Assembly (NCBI GenBank): GCA_963818095.1
Contig: CAWFRA010000001.1
Location: 7,558 to 71,557 of the forward strand
Direction of reading: 5' to 3'
From: an uncultured delta proteobacterium
Lineage (GTDB): Bacteria > Desulfobacterota > Syntrophorhabdia > Syntrophorhabdales > WCHB1-27
DNA: 64,000 bases
This document shows, one piece after another, positions 9,464-20,736 of the stretch. A model generated the notes under the pieces. That model did no database searches. It saw only the letters and a list, made by a program, of their open reading frames with translations, and had not been told where the DNA came from. Position 1 is the first letter of the stretch; every line of letters starts with the position of its first letter. The position numbers and the translations under genes are program-made.

Positions 9464-10946
9464 TTAAGCCCGAGAGGTCAACATCTCTTTGATTTTGGCG
9501 AGGAGTGCGGTTGGCGATACGGGTTTTTGGATGAATGACACGGGCGCGTCCTTGCCATCCTTCGCCGCCCGCCCGACTATTGCCTCTTTGGCCCTGCCTG
9601 TGATGAACAGGACGCGCACGCCCGGGTGCGCCTTTTTTAAGAATTCGTAAACCTCTTTCCCGTTCTTTTTCGGCATGTCCATATCGAGCAGGACCAGCTT
9701 CACGATCTCCCTGTTCTCTGTGAACGTGTCGATCGCCTCTTCGCCGTCGGAGGCTTCCAGCACGCCGTACCCTTCCTCGCGAAGGACCTCCGCAGTCGCG
9801 CCGCGCGCGGCCGTGTCGTCGTCCGCCAGTAAGAGTACGTCCTGGGAGCTTTCCGCAGCGGGCCCCGCTTCCAAAGTTTCCGCGCGCCTGCTCTCTGCCG
9901 CGAGCGGGAAATAGATGCCCAGGTCCGCACCCGAAAACGCGATGCGGCAACCGTGGCGCCTCAGTGTCGCGTAGGCCGCGGAAAGGCGCATGGCGGCACC
10001 GGCGCGGTCGGCATCCGTCGGACTTACACCTGCGCTTTCGCCTGTGTACGAGATCGAGAGCATCCCCCAGGCGCGCTCCACCGCTTGCCCGCCCTGCCCG
10101 TCCGGAGGCCCGGCGGCAATGCCCGTTTCTATCCGTAGCTGCGTTTTCCCCGGCGCTTCATGTCAAGTCCCCGGCAAGGCAGACTATCGCCTCCGTGAGC
10201 TGCGCTGCGTCCGCGGATACTACGAGGCGCTCGCCTGCGAGCTTGGCGCTCATCCGGCCGCCTCCCGCGAGCAGCGCCTTTACTGCGCCCATTGCTATAT
10301 CGTTCAGGGCGCAAGGCGCGAAAGAGGCCCCTTCAGCGCCCGCGTCCCCGAATGTCCGAATGAAGCCGGCCGCGCTCTCCGAGGCATTGACTATCAGGTC
10401 GGCGTATCGTTTGAGTTTGTCGTCGCCGGTACTCGATTTGAGGAGGCTGGCGTAACCCATGAGCGCCATGAGGCTGTTGCCGACGTCGTGCGAAAGCTTA
10501 CCCGCGAACGCGCCGAAGCCCTCGACGGACCTCTGTAGGCGCGCTTCCAGAACGGCCCTGTCGCTCTCCGCTTTTTTGCGGTCTGTGACGTCCCTGACGC
10601 ATACGAGATAGGCAGGCCCGTCGGATGGGACGGCTGTAATGGAGACTTCGATGCGCGACTGCGTGCCGTCCCCGGCCACGCCCGTTGTCTCGAACCGGGC
10701 GGCCCCGCTTTGAAGAACGGCCGTTATGTCCGCAAGCCCACGGGCGCCGGGTTCGCCGGCCGCGTCGGATGCGCCCGCGTTGCCCGATGCATCCGTCCGG
10801 GGAGCGGCCCACCCCAGCATTTCGAAAAATTTGGGGTTAGCGAACAACTCGCCTTTCAGAAGTGCAATGCCCTCGCTCAGAGTCTTCCATAGCGGTTTTC
10901 CCGCCTCCGTCCACCCCATACCTCCAGCCCCGTCCGGTGCGCACAC
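9464..10946 (-). pseudogene. Hybrid PAS histidine kinase/response-regulator receiver, split by a frameshift near 10081-10158
   Basis: ORF 10158-10946 carries PAS plus the H-box LSHDVGNSLMALMGYASLL and ends at an N-box-like QLTEAIVCLAGD. ORF 9464-10081, in another frame, continues with an ATPase-like tail and a full REC domain (VLLLADDD...LLDMDMPKKNG...KP). Confidence 0.65.
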
Positions 10947-11295
10947 GCCCGGCGACCATAAAGTGATGCCTACCCGGCGCAGTCACTTCACATCGGAAGT
11001 CCGCGTGCCCGGCTGTCCGGCTGGAGGTGCAGCGCACCATTTCCTTTGGTCCGCTTCTCACCCGAGGTTTGTTATCACTGATTGACTAGTTTAATAAGGT
11101 ATGACATTAGTGTCAAGAGAAATCGGCCCAACCCCGGAGGAACCTTTGTCAAATGGCCCCTTTCGGGTAAAACTTTCACCACCGCGCGATGTTGTCCCGT
11201 ACACCGCTGGATTCCGGCTTCCGCCGGAATGACGGAAGAAGACGCACACCCGGTCGTCAAATGGGAATGAATTCCACGGAACTCTAATTGAAAAT

Positions 11296-11447
11296 GTCTT
11301 TTTCTTCTTCAACGACGGGACGGAGAGATTTTCGATGAATTTCCCCGTGATCGAGGGGACCGCCGTCCCGGAGCGTACGCAGTTGTACGTGAGGACGTGC
11401 GGACCCGAGAGACAGGGAAAGGCGCGAAAAGATCTCCGCCCCACCAC
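11296..11447 (+). repeat. MITE/REP-like element, family A copy 3
   Basis: Nearly collinear with the reverse complement of 5636-5784 (attttcgatg..ccgtgatcgagggg..ccggagcgtacg..gtacgtgaggacg..cccgagagacaggga..ggcgcgaaaaga). Confidence 0.7.
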
Positions 11448-11449
11448 CC

Positions 11450-11968
11450 TTATGGCGCTACTACGTTGAATACCTGGTCTGTCAGGCGCACATTCCCATA
11501 CCACATCTCAATCCGCCACTGCCCCTGCACCATCTCATACGGATAGTCGAAACCGTACCCTTCGATTGCGCTCGTGACTGACCCTTCCGCGTTCGTCTTA
11601 TAGGCCAGCGTCCTTTCGTAGCCCTTGGTGATGGTGCCGTCCGGCTTGCTCATCGGCGGGAAAGAGACGATCTTGCGGAAATTCACGTCGGCCGAGGCAG
11701 GCAGCCCGCTCACGGAGAACCGCACGCCGAACCGGATGCCGAGCCTCGCCGGGACCGTATGAGACGCGCTCGTGAACCGGGTGTTATCCACCGATATGAT
11801 GCGCGATTGGCCGGACGGCGTGTTCGGCGCGTTGACCATTCGCTCGGAGGTGGTCGTATACGTCCCCGAAGCGATAACGTTGCACTTTACTTCCTGGGCA
11901 GCCGCCATCGGCGCAAGAAACGCAATTGCGAGAATTGACAAGCAGCATACGGATAGGATGCGGTTCAT
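11450..11968 (-). CDS. Secreted hypothetical protein
   Basis: 172 aa with signal peptide MNRILSVCCLSILAIAFLAPMAAAQE. No motif recognised. Confidence 0.6.
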   Translation of the reverse strand: MNRILSVCCLSILAIAFLAPMAAAQEVKCNVIASGTYTTTSERMVNAPNTPSGQSRIISVDNTRFTSASHTVPARLGIRFGVRFSVSGLPASADVNFRKIVSFPPMSKPDGTITKGYERTLAYKTNAEGSVTSAIEGYGFDYPYEMVQGQWRIEMWYGNVRLTDQVFNVVAP

Positions 11969-12203
11969 ATCGTTTGCCTCCTTTCGGTTTTCGTCATCGA
12001 ATGATCATATATGCCAGGCGTGCTTGTCAAGACAAAAATCACGCAGGAAACGGACGGCTGCCGGGGCCGGAATATCCTTGACTTGTGCCGCCCGCTGGAG
12101 TAATTTCAATCGGTAAAATCAGCGCACCGCCGTTCGCGCCAAAGCCGTACAAATCCGACTGACGCCCCTCCAGAACTAATGGAGGGAGAGGGGGGGTGCA
12201 AGA

Positions 12204-12707
12204 GTGGATAGACTTGCAAAAACGGCCCGCAAAAACGTTTTTCCTAAATCACCTACAGGCATAAAAGGACTTGACGAGATCACCGGCGGAGGCATTCCGA
12301 AAGGCAGGCCCACGCTCGTGACCGGCCCTGCGGGCTCCGGCAAGACATTGATGGCGATGGAGCAAGCCCCGAAAAGCGGCGTCGAGATATTCGAGAAGGC
12401 GGCCGGAGGATCGAAGAAGGCGGGTTACGTCCTGCGCCTATACATTGCGGGGGCATCGGCCAAATCGAGCCGCGCCGTAGAGAACATGAAGAGGATATGC
12501 GAGGAGCACCTCCACGGCCGCTATGACCTGGAGGTAATCGACATTTATCAGAAGCCGGTGCTCGCTGCGGGAGAGCAGATCATCGCCGCCCCGACGCTCA
12601 TCAAGAAACTGCCCCCTCCCCTTCGCAGGTTCATCGGCGACATGACGGACGTTGAGAAAGTCCTTGTCGGCCTGGACGTCAAGCCAAAGGACAAGGAAAC
12701 GGCTTAG
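12204..12707 (+). CDS. kaiB: KaiB-like protein carrying an in-frame N-terminal fragment of KaiC (Walker A region only)
   Basis: aa ~20-53 (GIKGLDEITGGGIPKGRPTLVTGPAGSGKTLMAME) match the KaiC N-terminus. aa ~75-160 (YVLRLYIAGASAKSSRAVENMKRI...EVIDIYQKPVLAAGEQIIAAPTLIKKLPPPLRRFIGDMTDVEKVLVGLD) align along the whole of KaiB. Confidence 0.75.
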   Translation: MDRLAKTARKNVFPKSPTGIKGLDEITGGGIPKGRPTLVTGPAGSGKTLMAMEQAPKSGVEIFEKAAGGSKKAGYVLRLYIAGASAKSSRAVENMKRICEEHLHGRYDLEVIDIYQKPVLAAGEQIIAAPTLIKKLPPPLRRFIGDMTDVEKVLVGLDVKPKDKETA

Positions 12708-12759
12708 CCGCCGGCATCAAAAGGTAAAGTTGAATTGACTGCCGGTCGGTCCGGGCGAG

Positions 12760-13308
12760 GTGTACGAGAGAGGGCGATGGGAAGGGGAGCTTATCCACAC
12801 GACAAAGAACGGAGACCGCATCACGGTCCTTAGCCGCTGGGCGCTGCAAAGAGACGAAGCAGGCACGCCGTCGGCAGTGATGGAGATAAACCTCGACATT
12901 ACGAAAGGGAAGCAGGCGGAGCGCGCCTTACAATCGGCCTACGTCTATAACCGCAGCCTTATCGAGGCGGGCCTCGACCCGCTAGTCACAATCACGACGG
13001 AAGGAAAGATAGGCGACGTGAACGCGGCAACAGAATCGATCACGGGCAGGGCAAGGGGCGAGCTGATAGGCACGGACTTCGTCGATGACGAGCCGGGCGT
13101 CGTGTGGAGATGTCGAAGACGATGCTGGAGCGCGCCGGGTGGCGCGTGGCCGCCTTCACCGATCCCGGTCATACTTTGCACGGGTTACAGCGAGGCGGTG
13201 ACGCCGGAAAAGGCGAAAGAGGCAGGCATCAGGGAGTGCGTCCTGAAGCCGCTGTCGCGCAAGGAAATGTACCAGGCTATAGCCAGGGCAATGGAAGGGA
13301 TAGACTAA
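12760..13308 (+). pseudogene. Eroded PAS-PAS-(kinase)-receiver gene remnant
   Basis: It starts mid-PAS (WEGELIHTTKNGDRITVLSRWAL..). A second PAS N-half (NRSLIEAGLDPLVTITTEGKIGDVN..) runs straight into a receiver start (VDDEPGVV, continued as EMSKTMLERAGWRVAAFTD in another frame) and then a receiver C-end (PVILCTGYSEAVTPEKAKEAGIRECVLKP). No HisKA/HATPase core remains. Confidence 0.6.
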
Positions 13309-14251
13309 GAGAGCCGGCCGGGGAGTAAGTACCGGAGGAAAGTTGCCCTTTTTTACGGCAGTATAAGGATCGGGGGCGCCGGCTCGCTCTCGTTACGCGG
13401 GCGGCTGTCCGGCCTTGCGTCGCCGTTCTCTTCGCAGGTCTTATCGCGGTCTACGACGATAACGGAACCGGCGGTCGAAAGCATGATGTGCACATAGGGT
13501 ACGGTATTTCCTGACCTGATAAACTTCCAGATCGAGCTTTTCATGTCGCCCCCTTTTTAGCGTGCATGACCGTCCCAGGCAGCCGTGCGCGAAGGCCGTG
13601 ATAAAGATGTCCCGCCCGCGTCCCGCCTGGTCTTTTCCGCCCCATGGTCGCCCACGGGCCTAGTTGTCGCCGATTATCTTAAACCGTAGATTATCTTAAA
13701 ATTGTAAGGGATCATTGAAAAAAGTGTCAAGATAAATCTTGTAATCGCAAAAACGTTATATAAGCTGCGACATTGTAATAGCCGGGCGGCCAAGGCATTG
13801 CCTCCCGCCCGCCAGGATGTACATGCCTGTACGCGGCTGTCCGGCAATCGGCGCGCGGCGGGGCGCTACAGGGGCTAAATCCGCATGACAGGGGGAATGG
13901 GAGCGCCTATACTACGGTCGAGACGGACGGCCGCACATTTTTTGGAACGCGAGGTGCCCGATGTTCCTGCACGAAAAAGAGATGACCATCCCCGTGATTC
14001 CGGGCCATGCCGACCTGCGTGGGCGCTGAGATCGGCGGTCATTCCGGCGACGCCTCGGCGCTTCGCTTGCTTTATTAGTACCCACCCTCCCCAACCTGCC
14101 CTCCCCCTTTAACGAGGGGGAGGGCATTCATTATTTGTGGGAATTATTGGGGTTCAGCATGTCTTCTGACGATTTTATTTGGCGTCGGAGAAGCGTTCTG
14201 CTATCCTAGGTATGGGGTCAGTTTTGCTTCTTTAGGGCATTAAGGTAAGGG

Positions 14252-17200
14252 ATGATGCGAAGGCTTCGTGCTTCTATGGGAATCCGGAAGACGATCCTGC
14301 TTTTGCTCTTGTCCGTCTTTGTTCCCCTTCTCTTCCTCCAGGCGTTCACTTTCTATAGCTGGTACCGGGAGCGCAAGCAGACGGAGATGCGGTCCAACGC
14401 GGAAATCGCCCGGACCGTCGCCAAATCCTTTGAGACCTTTGTCTTTGACGTAATCCGCACGGAGGCAGCGATAGGCAAGGCGGCCACCGTAAAACCGCCG
14501 CCCTCGCAGAACGCCCTGCGCCAGATATTGCTCTCCGCGCAGATGGAGAATAAGGCGTTCAGGGAGTTCCTCTGGGCCGGCCCTGACGGCCGGGTGCTGG
14601 CAGCGAGCAGGCCTGAAGCCGAGAGCCTCGACCTCTCGAAGACCGGCCATTTCGCGGACTACATCTACGCGGAAGACTGGGTCCTGACCAACCTTTTTAC
14701 CTCCGAGCTGACGGGCAGGCAGATCTTCGCCATCGTCAGGCCTGTCCGCGACGCATCAGGGAAGCTCCTGGGCATAGTGAGCGCGGCCATCGTGCCCGGG
14801 ATGATGGACAACGTGCTCGCCATCGAACGGGAGGAAGACGGCGGCATAAGCCTGGTCGACGCAAAGGGCATGCACGTCTACCGTTACCCATCCACGCAAT
14901 ATTCCGATGGAGCAGCAGGACTGGCTGAAGCTCTACCCGTAATGGCCCAGACCATGAAAGGGAAAGAAGTCACGGCGAAGGTCCGGGCGCCCCGGCGAAA
15001 TCGTGGCGGCTCGCCGCCTTCGCGCCCGTCGGCTCCCTGGGGTGGGTGGTCGCGGCAAGCCGGGCGGAAGCCGCAGTCATAAAGGAGATATGGAAGGCCC
15101 TCGTTCCGCAGGCGCTTCTCGTACTCCTCGTGGCGGTCGCCGCCTTCACCGCCGTCATCGTGAACGCAGGCCCCATCTCGCAGGCGATCATCGGACTCCG
15201 CGACGGGGCGCGCGCCCTGGGCCGGGGAGAAAGGCGGAAAATGCGGCTGGATGCCGGACCGACCGAATTGCGGGAGCTTGCCGTCGAGTTCAACGAGATG
15301 GCGGAAAAGGTGCGCCTGCGCGAGGAGGCCCTGCGCGAAAGTGAAAAGCGCATGCGCCTTCTTGAAAACAACCTGCCGGACAGCGCGGTATACCAGTACG
15401 CCCGCGAGCCGGACGGGACCACACTGCTTCCTCTACGTCAGCAGCGGCATCGAGCACCTGAACGGCGTACGCGTGGCCGACGTGCTGGCCGACGCCGCCG
15501 TCCTGCACAGGCAAATCCCAAAGGGATACCGCGAGCGCATGTTGGAGGCGCAGGCGAAAAGCGCAGCCGACCTCTCGGACCTCGATATGGAAGTCCCCAT
15601 GCGCAGGCCGGACGGCCAGACGCGGTGGATACACCTCCATGCGCGGCCGCACCGCGCGCCGGACGGCCGGACGATATGGGACGGGGTGCAAAGCGACATA
15701 ACGGCCCGCAGGCAGGCCCAGGACGAGGTGCGCCGCTCGCGCGACGAGCTTGAGCAACGGGTGCTGGAGCGCACCGCGGAGCTTGAGAACGAGCGCCGCA
15801 GGCTGTACGACACGCTGGAGGCGGTGCCGCCCCTGGTCTGCCTGCTGACGCCCGACTATCAGATCGCCTTCGCCAACCGCGCCTTCCGTGAGAAATTCGG
15901 CGACGCCGGGGGGCGCCGCTGTTACGAGCACCTCGTACGGCAGGCGAGACGCCGTGCGACCCCTGCCCCGCGTTCTCCGTCCTTCAGACGCGCAGCGCGC
16001 TCCGCTGGGAGCGCATGACGCGCGCAGGCGATGTCATGGCCGTCTACGACGCCCCGTTCACCGACGTCGACGGGTCGCCCCTCATCATCGAGGTGAGCAT
16101 AGACATCACGGACCAGAGGAGGGCCGAGAAAGAAAAGGGCGTGCTGGAGGAACACCTGCGCCAGTCGCAGAAGATGGAGGCGGTAGGCACGCTGGCGGGC
16201 GGCATCGCCCACGACTTCAACAATATGCTCGCCATCATCCTCGGCAACGCGGAGCTGGTGCTGGATGACCTGAATGAGGCGTCGGGGACGTCCAGGAACG
16301 TGAAGCAGATCGTCAAGGCGTCGAAGCGCGCCCGCGACCTGACCAAGCAGATACTGACGTTCAGCAGGAAAACGGAGCGCGTAAGGAGTCCCCTCAAGCT
16401 TAAGCCCGTGGTGAAGGAGACGTACCACCTCCTGCGCGGCGCCATCCCCACAACGATCGGGATGGAGCTTGACTTCAAGGCGGAAGACGACATAATCCTG
16501 GCCGACCTTTCCCAGATACAGCAGATCGTGGTCAATCTCGCCACAAACGCCTCGCACGCAATGGAGAAACAAGGGGGCGTGCTCACGATCGGCCTTGCGA
16601 ACGTCGCCCTGCCGGGAGCGGACCCCCTGCCCGGCGTAAACCTGCCGCCCGGCAAATATGCCTGCCTTAGCGTGCGTGACACGGGGACGGGCATGAGCGA
16701 CGACGTGCGCCGCCGCATATTCGAGCCCTTTTTCACGACCAAGGCGCAGGGCAAGGGGACGGGCATGGGGCTTGCGGTCGTTTACGGCATAGTGAGGGAC
16801 CATGATGGAGAGATCACCGTGGAGAGCGCGCCGGGCTCGGGCACCCTGTTCAACGTCTACCTGCCCCTGGCGCACACGGAGGCGGCCTCCGACCAGGAAG
16901 ACGAAGGCCCGGCCGCGCGCGGCACGGAGCGCGTCCTTTTGGTGGACGACGAGCCGGGCATACTGCGCATGACCTCGCAGATACTGAAAGGTCTGGGTTA
17001 CATGGTGACTACGGCGCCGGGCGGCATCGAGGCCTGGGAAATTTTCAGAAAGCATCCCGGCAGGTTCCGGCTCGTCATCACGGACCAGGTAATGCCGGGG
17101 CTTACCGGCATGGGCCTTGCCGGGAAGGTGTTCAAGGCGGCGCCGGACGTACCGGTGATCCTCATTACGGGCTTCAGCGAGACGGTATCGGAGGAGCAGG

Positions 17201-17322
17201 CAAAGAGGGCCGGGGTGAGCGCGTTCCTGATGAAGCCGCTCACGAGGAAAGAGGTGGCGGAAACGGTCCGCCGCGTGATCGATGCGAAAGGGGACGGCGG
17301 TGACGAGCGGGCTGCGCAATAG
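14252..17322 (+). pseudogene. Large hybrid sensor kinase (TM-Cache-TM-HAMP-PAS-PAS-HisKA-HATPase-REC) with at least four frameshifts
   Basis: Collinear fragments are 14252-15082, 15046-15753, 15251-16018 and 16015-17322. Single extra bases near 14990 (gcgCCCCggc) and ~15015 restore ..VRAPGEIVAARAAFAPVGSLGWVVAASRAEAAVIKEIW. H-box GGIAHDFNNMLAIILG, G-boxes DTGTGM/GMGLAVVYG, REC VLLVDDEPGIL...ITDQVMPGLTG. Confidence 0.8.
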
Positions 17323-17361
17323 ACATTATTCGGGATGCTGACGGGAATACTTACAACTCAT

Positions 17362-17877
17362 TTACGGGCAGGCGGGCGTTTGCCCGTTTATTGTTCCATC
17401 CTCCCATATGCCTGAGTACCTCCTGCCGGATTTGCAGGTGAAAACTCCCTGGCCGTTGCGCTTGTCGTCTCTGTATTCGCCGACGTACCTGCTGCCGTCT
17501 GTCCAGTTGTATGCCCCGACGCCATGGCGCTTGTCGTCCCGGAAGTCACCCTCGTATTTGTCTCCGTTCGCAAAGGTATATACCCCACGGCCGTTGCGCC
17601 TGTCGTCCTTGTAATCGCCCTCGTACGTATTGCCGTTGGCCCAGGTATACATGCCTTCGCCATGCTTATTGCCGTTCTCGAAGCTACCCTGGTAGCTGTT
17701 CCTGCCTTTGGCGATGCTCCGGCCCGTCGCCAGGCCTTTCTCGCAGTCGCCGTAATATTCCACATTGATGTCCGTATCGCTGACCCGGCATTTTTCGGAC
17801 GCGAAAACAGGAGAGATAAGAAAAACAGCCAATGCCGCCGCCGCAAGCAGCTTTATCCTGCACCTCCGTCTGCTCGT
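17362..17877 (-). CDS. Secreted MORN-repeat protein (start uncertain)
   Basis: Five or more YxGxxxxGxxxGxG MORN units (YEGDYKDDRRNGRGVYTFANGDKYEGDFRDDKRHGVGAY..) follow the signal peptide KLLAAAALAVFLISPVFA. No clean ATG follows the GGAGG at ~17890. Confidence 0.7.
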   Translation of the reverse strand, partial: TSRRRCRIKLLAAAALAVFLISPVFASEKCRVSDTDINVEYYGDCEKGLATGRSIAKGRNSYQGSFENGNKHGEGMYTWANGNTYEGDYKDDRRNGRGVYTFANGDKYEGDFRDDKRHGVGAYNWTDGSRYVGEYRDDKRNGQGVFTCKSGRRYSGIWEDGTINGQTPACP

Positions 17878-18157
17878 ATTGTTCTTTATTGCAAATCCCC
17901 AATACCATCCCTGACCGGCGCGTGTCAAGAGTATCCACCCGCACCGGCTTATCCCGCCGGTGCTGGTTGCCTCCATGGACGCGGAAAAAGCAAGGAGAAA
18001 AAGCCAAACCAATGCTTCGTGCGGCCGGACTCGCGCCTGCTGCGGGTTGTGCTATGGGCTGTACGGGAATACGTCTTGGGATAGTATAGTGTCGTTGATT
18101 ATTTATTAGCCGGCGTGACGCCGAGAAGCCCGGAGATTTTCTTTGTTTCCGCCTCGA

Positions 18158-18916
18158 TCATCCCGGCCCCCTCGCGGAGGACGAGGCTCTCCGGCCGGAT
18201 TCGTCGTCCGGGTTTTCCACGAACCTGTCTGCCGCCATGACGATCCCCGTAAGGGCGCTTTTGCCCTCGCCTCTTCCGTGATGGCCTGCTATGACCGCGG
18301 AGAATTCATCGGGGAACTTCCACTTCGTCGATATGAAATATCCTAGCTCTGCGTGGTCGATGCCGAACTGCTCCCTTTCGAGCGAGCAGATGTCTCGGCC
18401 TGCGTCGCGGGCCTCCTGCTGCAAGCGCCTGTAGCGGTCGCCGTACTGGTAAAACGGGATTTTGCCTATGTCGTGGAGGATCGATACGGTAAAGGCCTTC
18501 TCGCGGTCCTCGGCCATTGTCCTCTCGGCCAGCATCTTCGCTGCGCAGGCGACCGACAAAGCATGGCTCCAGAGAGACAGCAGGTCATCGTTGCTCAGGT
18601 TCCACCGACTCAGCATCTCCTTGAGGAAAACGAGGCACATGACGATCCTCCGTATCTCGTCGAGGCCTATGGCAATCATGGCCCTTTCCAGGTTGACTAT
18701 CTGCGTCCCTCTGCTGTAGTACGCGGAGTTGGCGATGGCTATTACCTTGGAGGACATGGCCTGATCGTATTTCACGACGCCGAATAGATCGTGGAAGGAG
18801 GCGTTGTCGTTCGACAGCACGGCAAGCACCTTGTCGATGACTGCATTCAGCGTGGGCAGGACTTTGATTGTGTCCACCCTCGCTATAAGCTCTTTTCTTA
18901 TTGCCGACGCATCCAT
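18158..18916 (-). CDS. HDOD-domain signalling protein
   Basis: LPTLNAVIDKVLAVLSNDNASFHDLFGVVKYDQAMSSKVIAIANSAYY and LHDIGKIPF...GHHG are typical of HDOD/HD-type folds. Confidence 0.8.
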   Translation of the reverse strand: MDASAIRKELIARVDTIKVLPTLNAVIDKVLAVLSNDNASFHDLFGVVKYDQAMSSKVIAIANSAYYSRGTQIVNLERAMIAIGLDEIRRIVMCLVFLKEMLSRWNLSNDDLLSLWSHALSVACAAKMLAERTMAEDREKAFTVSILHDIGKIPFYQYGDRYRRLQQEARDAGRDICSLEREQFGIDHAELGYFISTKWKFPDEFSAVIAGHHGRGEGKSALTGIVMAADRFVENPDDESGRRASSSARGPG

Positions 18917-19314
18917 TAATTTTCCCGAAGATGTTTTATGATAACGACTCAGGCGGCTCGGCTGTCTCGCTGATGAAATGTTTGGGGGGTTACTCTTTGA
19001 GACCCTTTGGCTTTTTCGCGCCTATGTCCTTCGTGCAGCCAATATATAACAGTATATTAAACATCGTGTCAAGCAAAATGTATCGGAAACGAGGGATAAG
19101 ATGATTGTTATTCAGGACGAACCGGCCGTCCAACAAACGCATCCAAAGAATAACTTTTGCGGCCGGATTCCTCGCCTGTGCGGAGTTTAGATGTGCGGGA
19201 CTATGTTCACGGAATGGCCTCCGGGGTTCACCATCTGTGCCAACTGAAGTTTTTTTTCAGTACCAGAAAGATTCCTGACGGATTTTCCTGTTGTCGAAAA
19301 GACGCGGCCTATGC

Positions 19315-19439
19315 TCGCAACTAAAGCGGCAAGTATGAGGATGCAGATTTGGGTGAGCGCGAGCCCGAGGAACGGAGGCGTACTCTTTTGTACGTCGGAG
19401 TCCCGCAGGGCGAAGCGCGACCCCAAAGATGCGCCTCAT
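19315..19439 (+). repeat. MITE-like element, family B copy 1, with perfect 15-bp terminal inverted repeats
   Basis: gcggcaagtatgagg ... cctcatacttgccgc. The inner 112 bp (19316-19427) are identical to the reverse complement of 24467-24578. Confidence 0.8.
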
Positions 19440-19457
19440 ACTTGCCGCGCCTAAAAT

Positions 19458-19874
19458 CTACTGGGTCCACCAGACTGGTAGCGCCGACTGCCGTCCCAAT
19501 ATCGCCGCGCGCAGCTCCGCTTTCTTCGCCTGCACCTGCGCCAGCGCCCTCTCCCGCTGGGCCAGGTCGGAGCTGTATTGTATGGCGGACGGCAGCAGGA
19601 GCTGCAACTGCCTGTACCTCTCGGCTTCCTGCGCGTAGTTCTGCGTCGTAGCGCCGGTTATCTGCGAGATCAGGCCGTCCACCTGCCCCTTCTGCGACAT
19701 GAGAGCGTCCATCTGCTGCTGGAGCGCGGCCTCCTGCGCGGTATACTGCTGGTATTGCTGCCTGTAGATACCCTCTATGGTGTCCATATCCTGGGCCCCG
19801 GACGGGCCGGAGACGGAGAGGACCGCAAGAAGGAGCAGTCCGGCGAGCGCACAAGCGTGAGTAAGGCGAACCAT
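19458..19874 (-). CDS. Secreted coiled-coil protein
   Basis: Signal peptide MVRLTHACALAGLLLLAVLSVSGPSGAQD, then Q/A/L-rich heptad-like sequence. Confidence 0.55.
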   Translation of the reverse strand: MVRLTHACALAGLLLLAVLSVSGPSGAQDMDTIEGIYRQQYQQYTAQEAALQQQMDALMSQKGQVDGLISQITGATTQNYAQEAERYRQLQLLLPSAIQYSSDLAQRERALAQVQAKKAELRAAILGRQSALPVWWTQ

Positions 19875-19950
19875 TTTATCCTGCCTGACGAGTCGTTTAT
19901 TTACGGGAATAATGTAAGCATCGCGAGGCGGGCGGGCAAGCGGGCGCGGC

Positions 19951-20394
19951 TCAAAAGCCGGCCGGGTTTACGACCGGCAGCTCCTTCAGCACGGCAAAAG
20001 CCTTGTCGCTCGTCAACAACACGTCCGCTTTATGAACAACCGCCGTCGCGGCAATGATAGCGTCCGGCATCCTGAGGTTATAAATACCCCTGATACGCGC
20101 CGCCTCCTCTGCTACGATCTCATCCATCGGATAGACGGTCAGGTTGGGCATTTGGAACATGAGTTTTATCTGGTCGAGGGCAGCCCAGTTTCCCTCCCTG
20201 TACGGCAACACGGCGCACTCGGAAAACGTAAGAACGGATGCAATCAGTTCGTGCGTGCCTTTGCCGGCCGCTGCATCGATAATCGCAACCAACTTCTTAC
20301 CGGCTTTCTCCTGAGCGAAAATGGAGATAAATATGTTGGTGTCTACCGCGATACGCCTGAAACGCTTCAGAAAGTCGCCTATGCCTGGGACCAT
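19951..20394 (-). CDS. vapC: PIN-domain toxin (VapC-like)
   Basis: IAVDTNIFISIF..., ..MPDAIIAATAVVHKADVLLTSDKAF. The likely ATG at 20394 overlaps the upstream antitoxin gene by 16 nt. Confidence 0.8.
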   Translation of the reverse strand: MVPGIGDFLKRFRRIAVDTNIFISIFAQEKAGKKLVAIIDAAAGKGTHELIASVLTFSECAVLPYREGNWAALDQIKLMFQMPNLTVYPMDEIVAEEAARIRGIYNLRMPDAIIAATAVVHKADVLLTSDKAFAVLKELPVVNPAGF

Positions 20395-20630
20395 GACTCG
20401 CGTTCCTTGCGCGCCTGCTCCAGCGGCTTGTCTCCCCACGCGCCCTTGCAGCAGCCGAAGGCCGCCTTCGCCCAGTCTCCCGGCTTCTTGATGATGGAAA
20501 TGCGTCCGTTCCTGTCGCTTATCATAATAAGGACATCGCCCGGTACGATTTTAAGCTCTCGCCGGATACGCGCAGGGATGACTATCTGGCTTTTGACTCC
20601 TACCTTGATTTCCTCCGCCGTACCAAACAT
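20379..20630 (-). CDS. vapB: AbrB/SpoVT/MazE-fold antitoxin (VapB-like)
   Basis: 83 aa with the swapped-hairpin signature KSQIVIPARIRRELKIVPGDVLIM. It lies immediately upstream of, and overlaps, the PIN gene. Confidence 0.8.
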   Translation of the reverse strand: MFGTAEEIKVGVKSQIVIPARIRRELKIVPGDVLIMISDRNGRISIIKKPGDWAKAAFGCCKGAWGDKPLEQARKERESWSQA

Positions 20631-20736
20631 ATTTCACCTGCCTTGTATCCTACTATAAGATATCGTAGGATGATATGTCAAGAGGTAGTACTGTGTCGGC
20701 GTTGGGTAAGACAATGGAAAGCCGATGTCCGGCCGT

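Noticed and set aside
15922-17319. Long antisense ORFs opposite recognisable genes: 15922-17319(-) 465 aa, 39048-40412(-) 454 aa, 20725-22020(+) 431 aa, 28322-29497(+) 391 aa, 3229-4287(-) 352 aa and 2693-3550(-) 285 aa.
   Set aside because: All are Arg/Ala/Gly/Pro-rich, low-information translations, typical of shadow ORFs in high-GC DNA. In each case the opposite strand encodes a protein with clear family motifs: kinase, ACR3, M29 peptidase, PDZ/TPR protein, Mur ligase.
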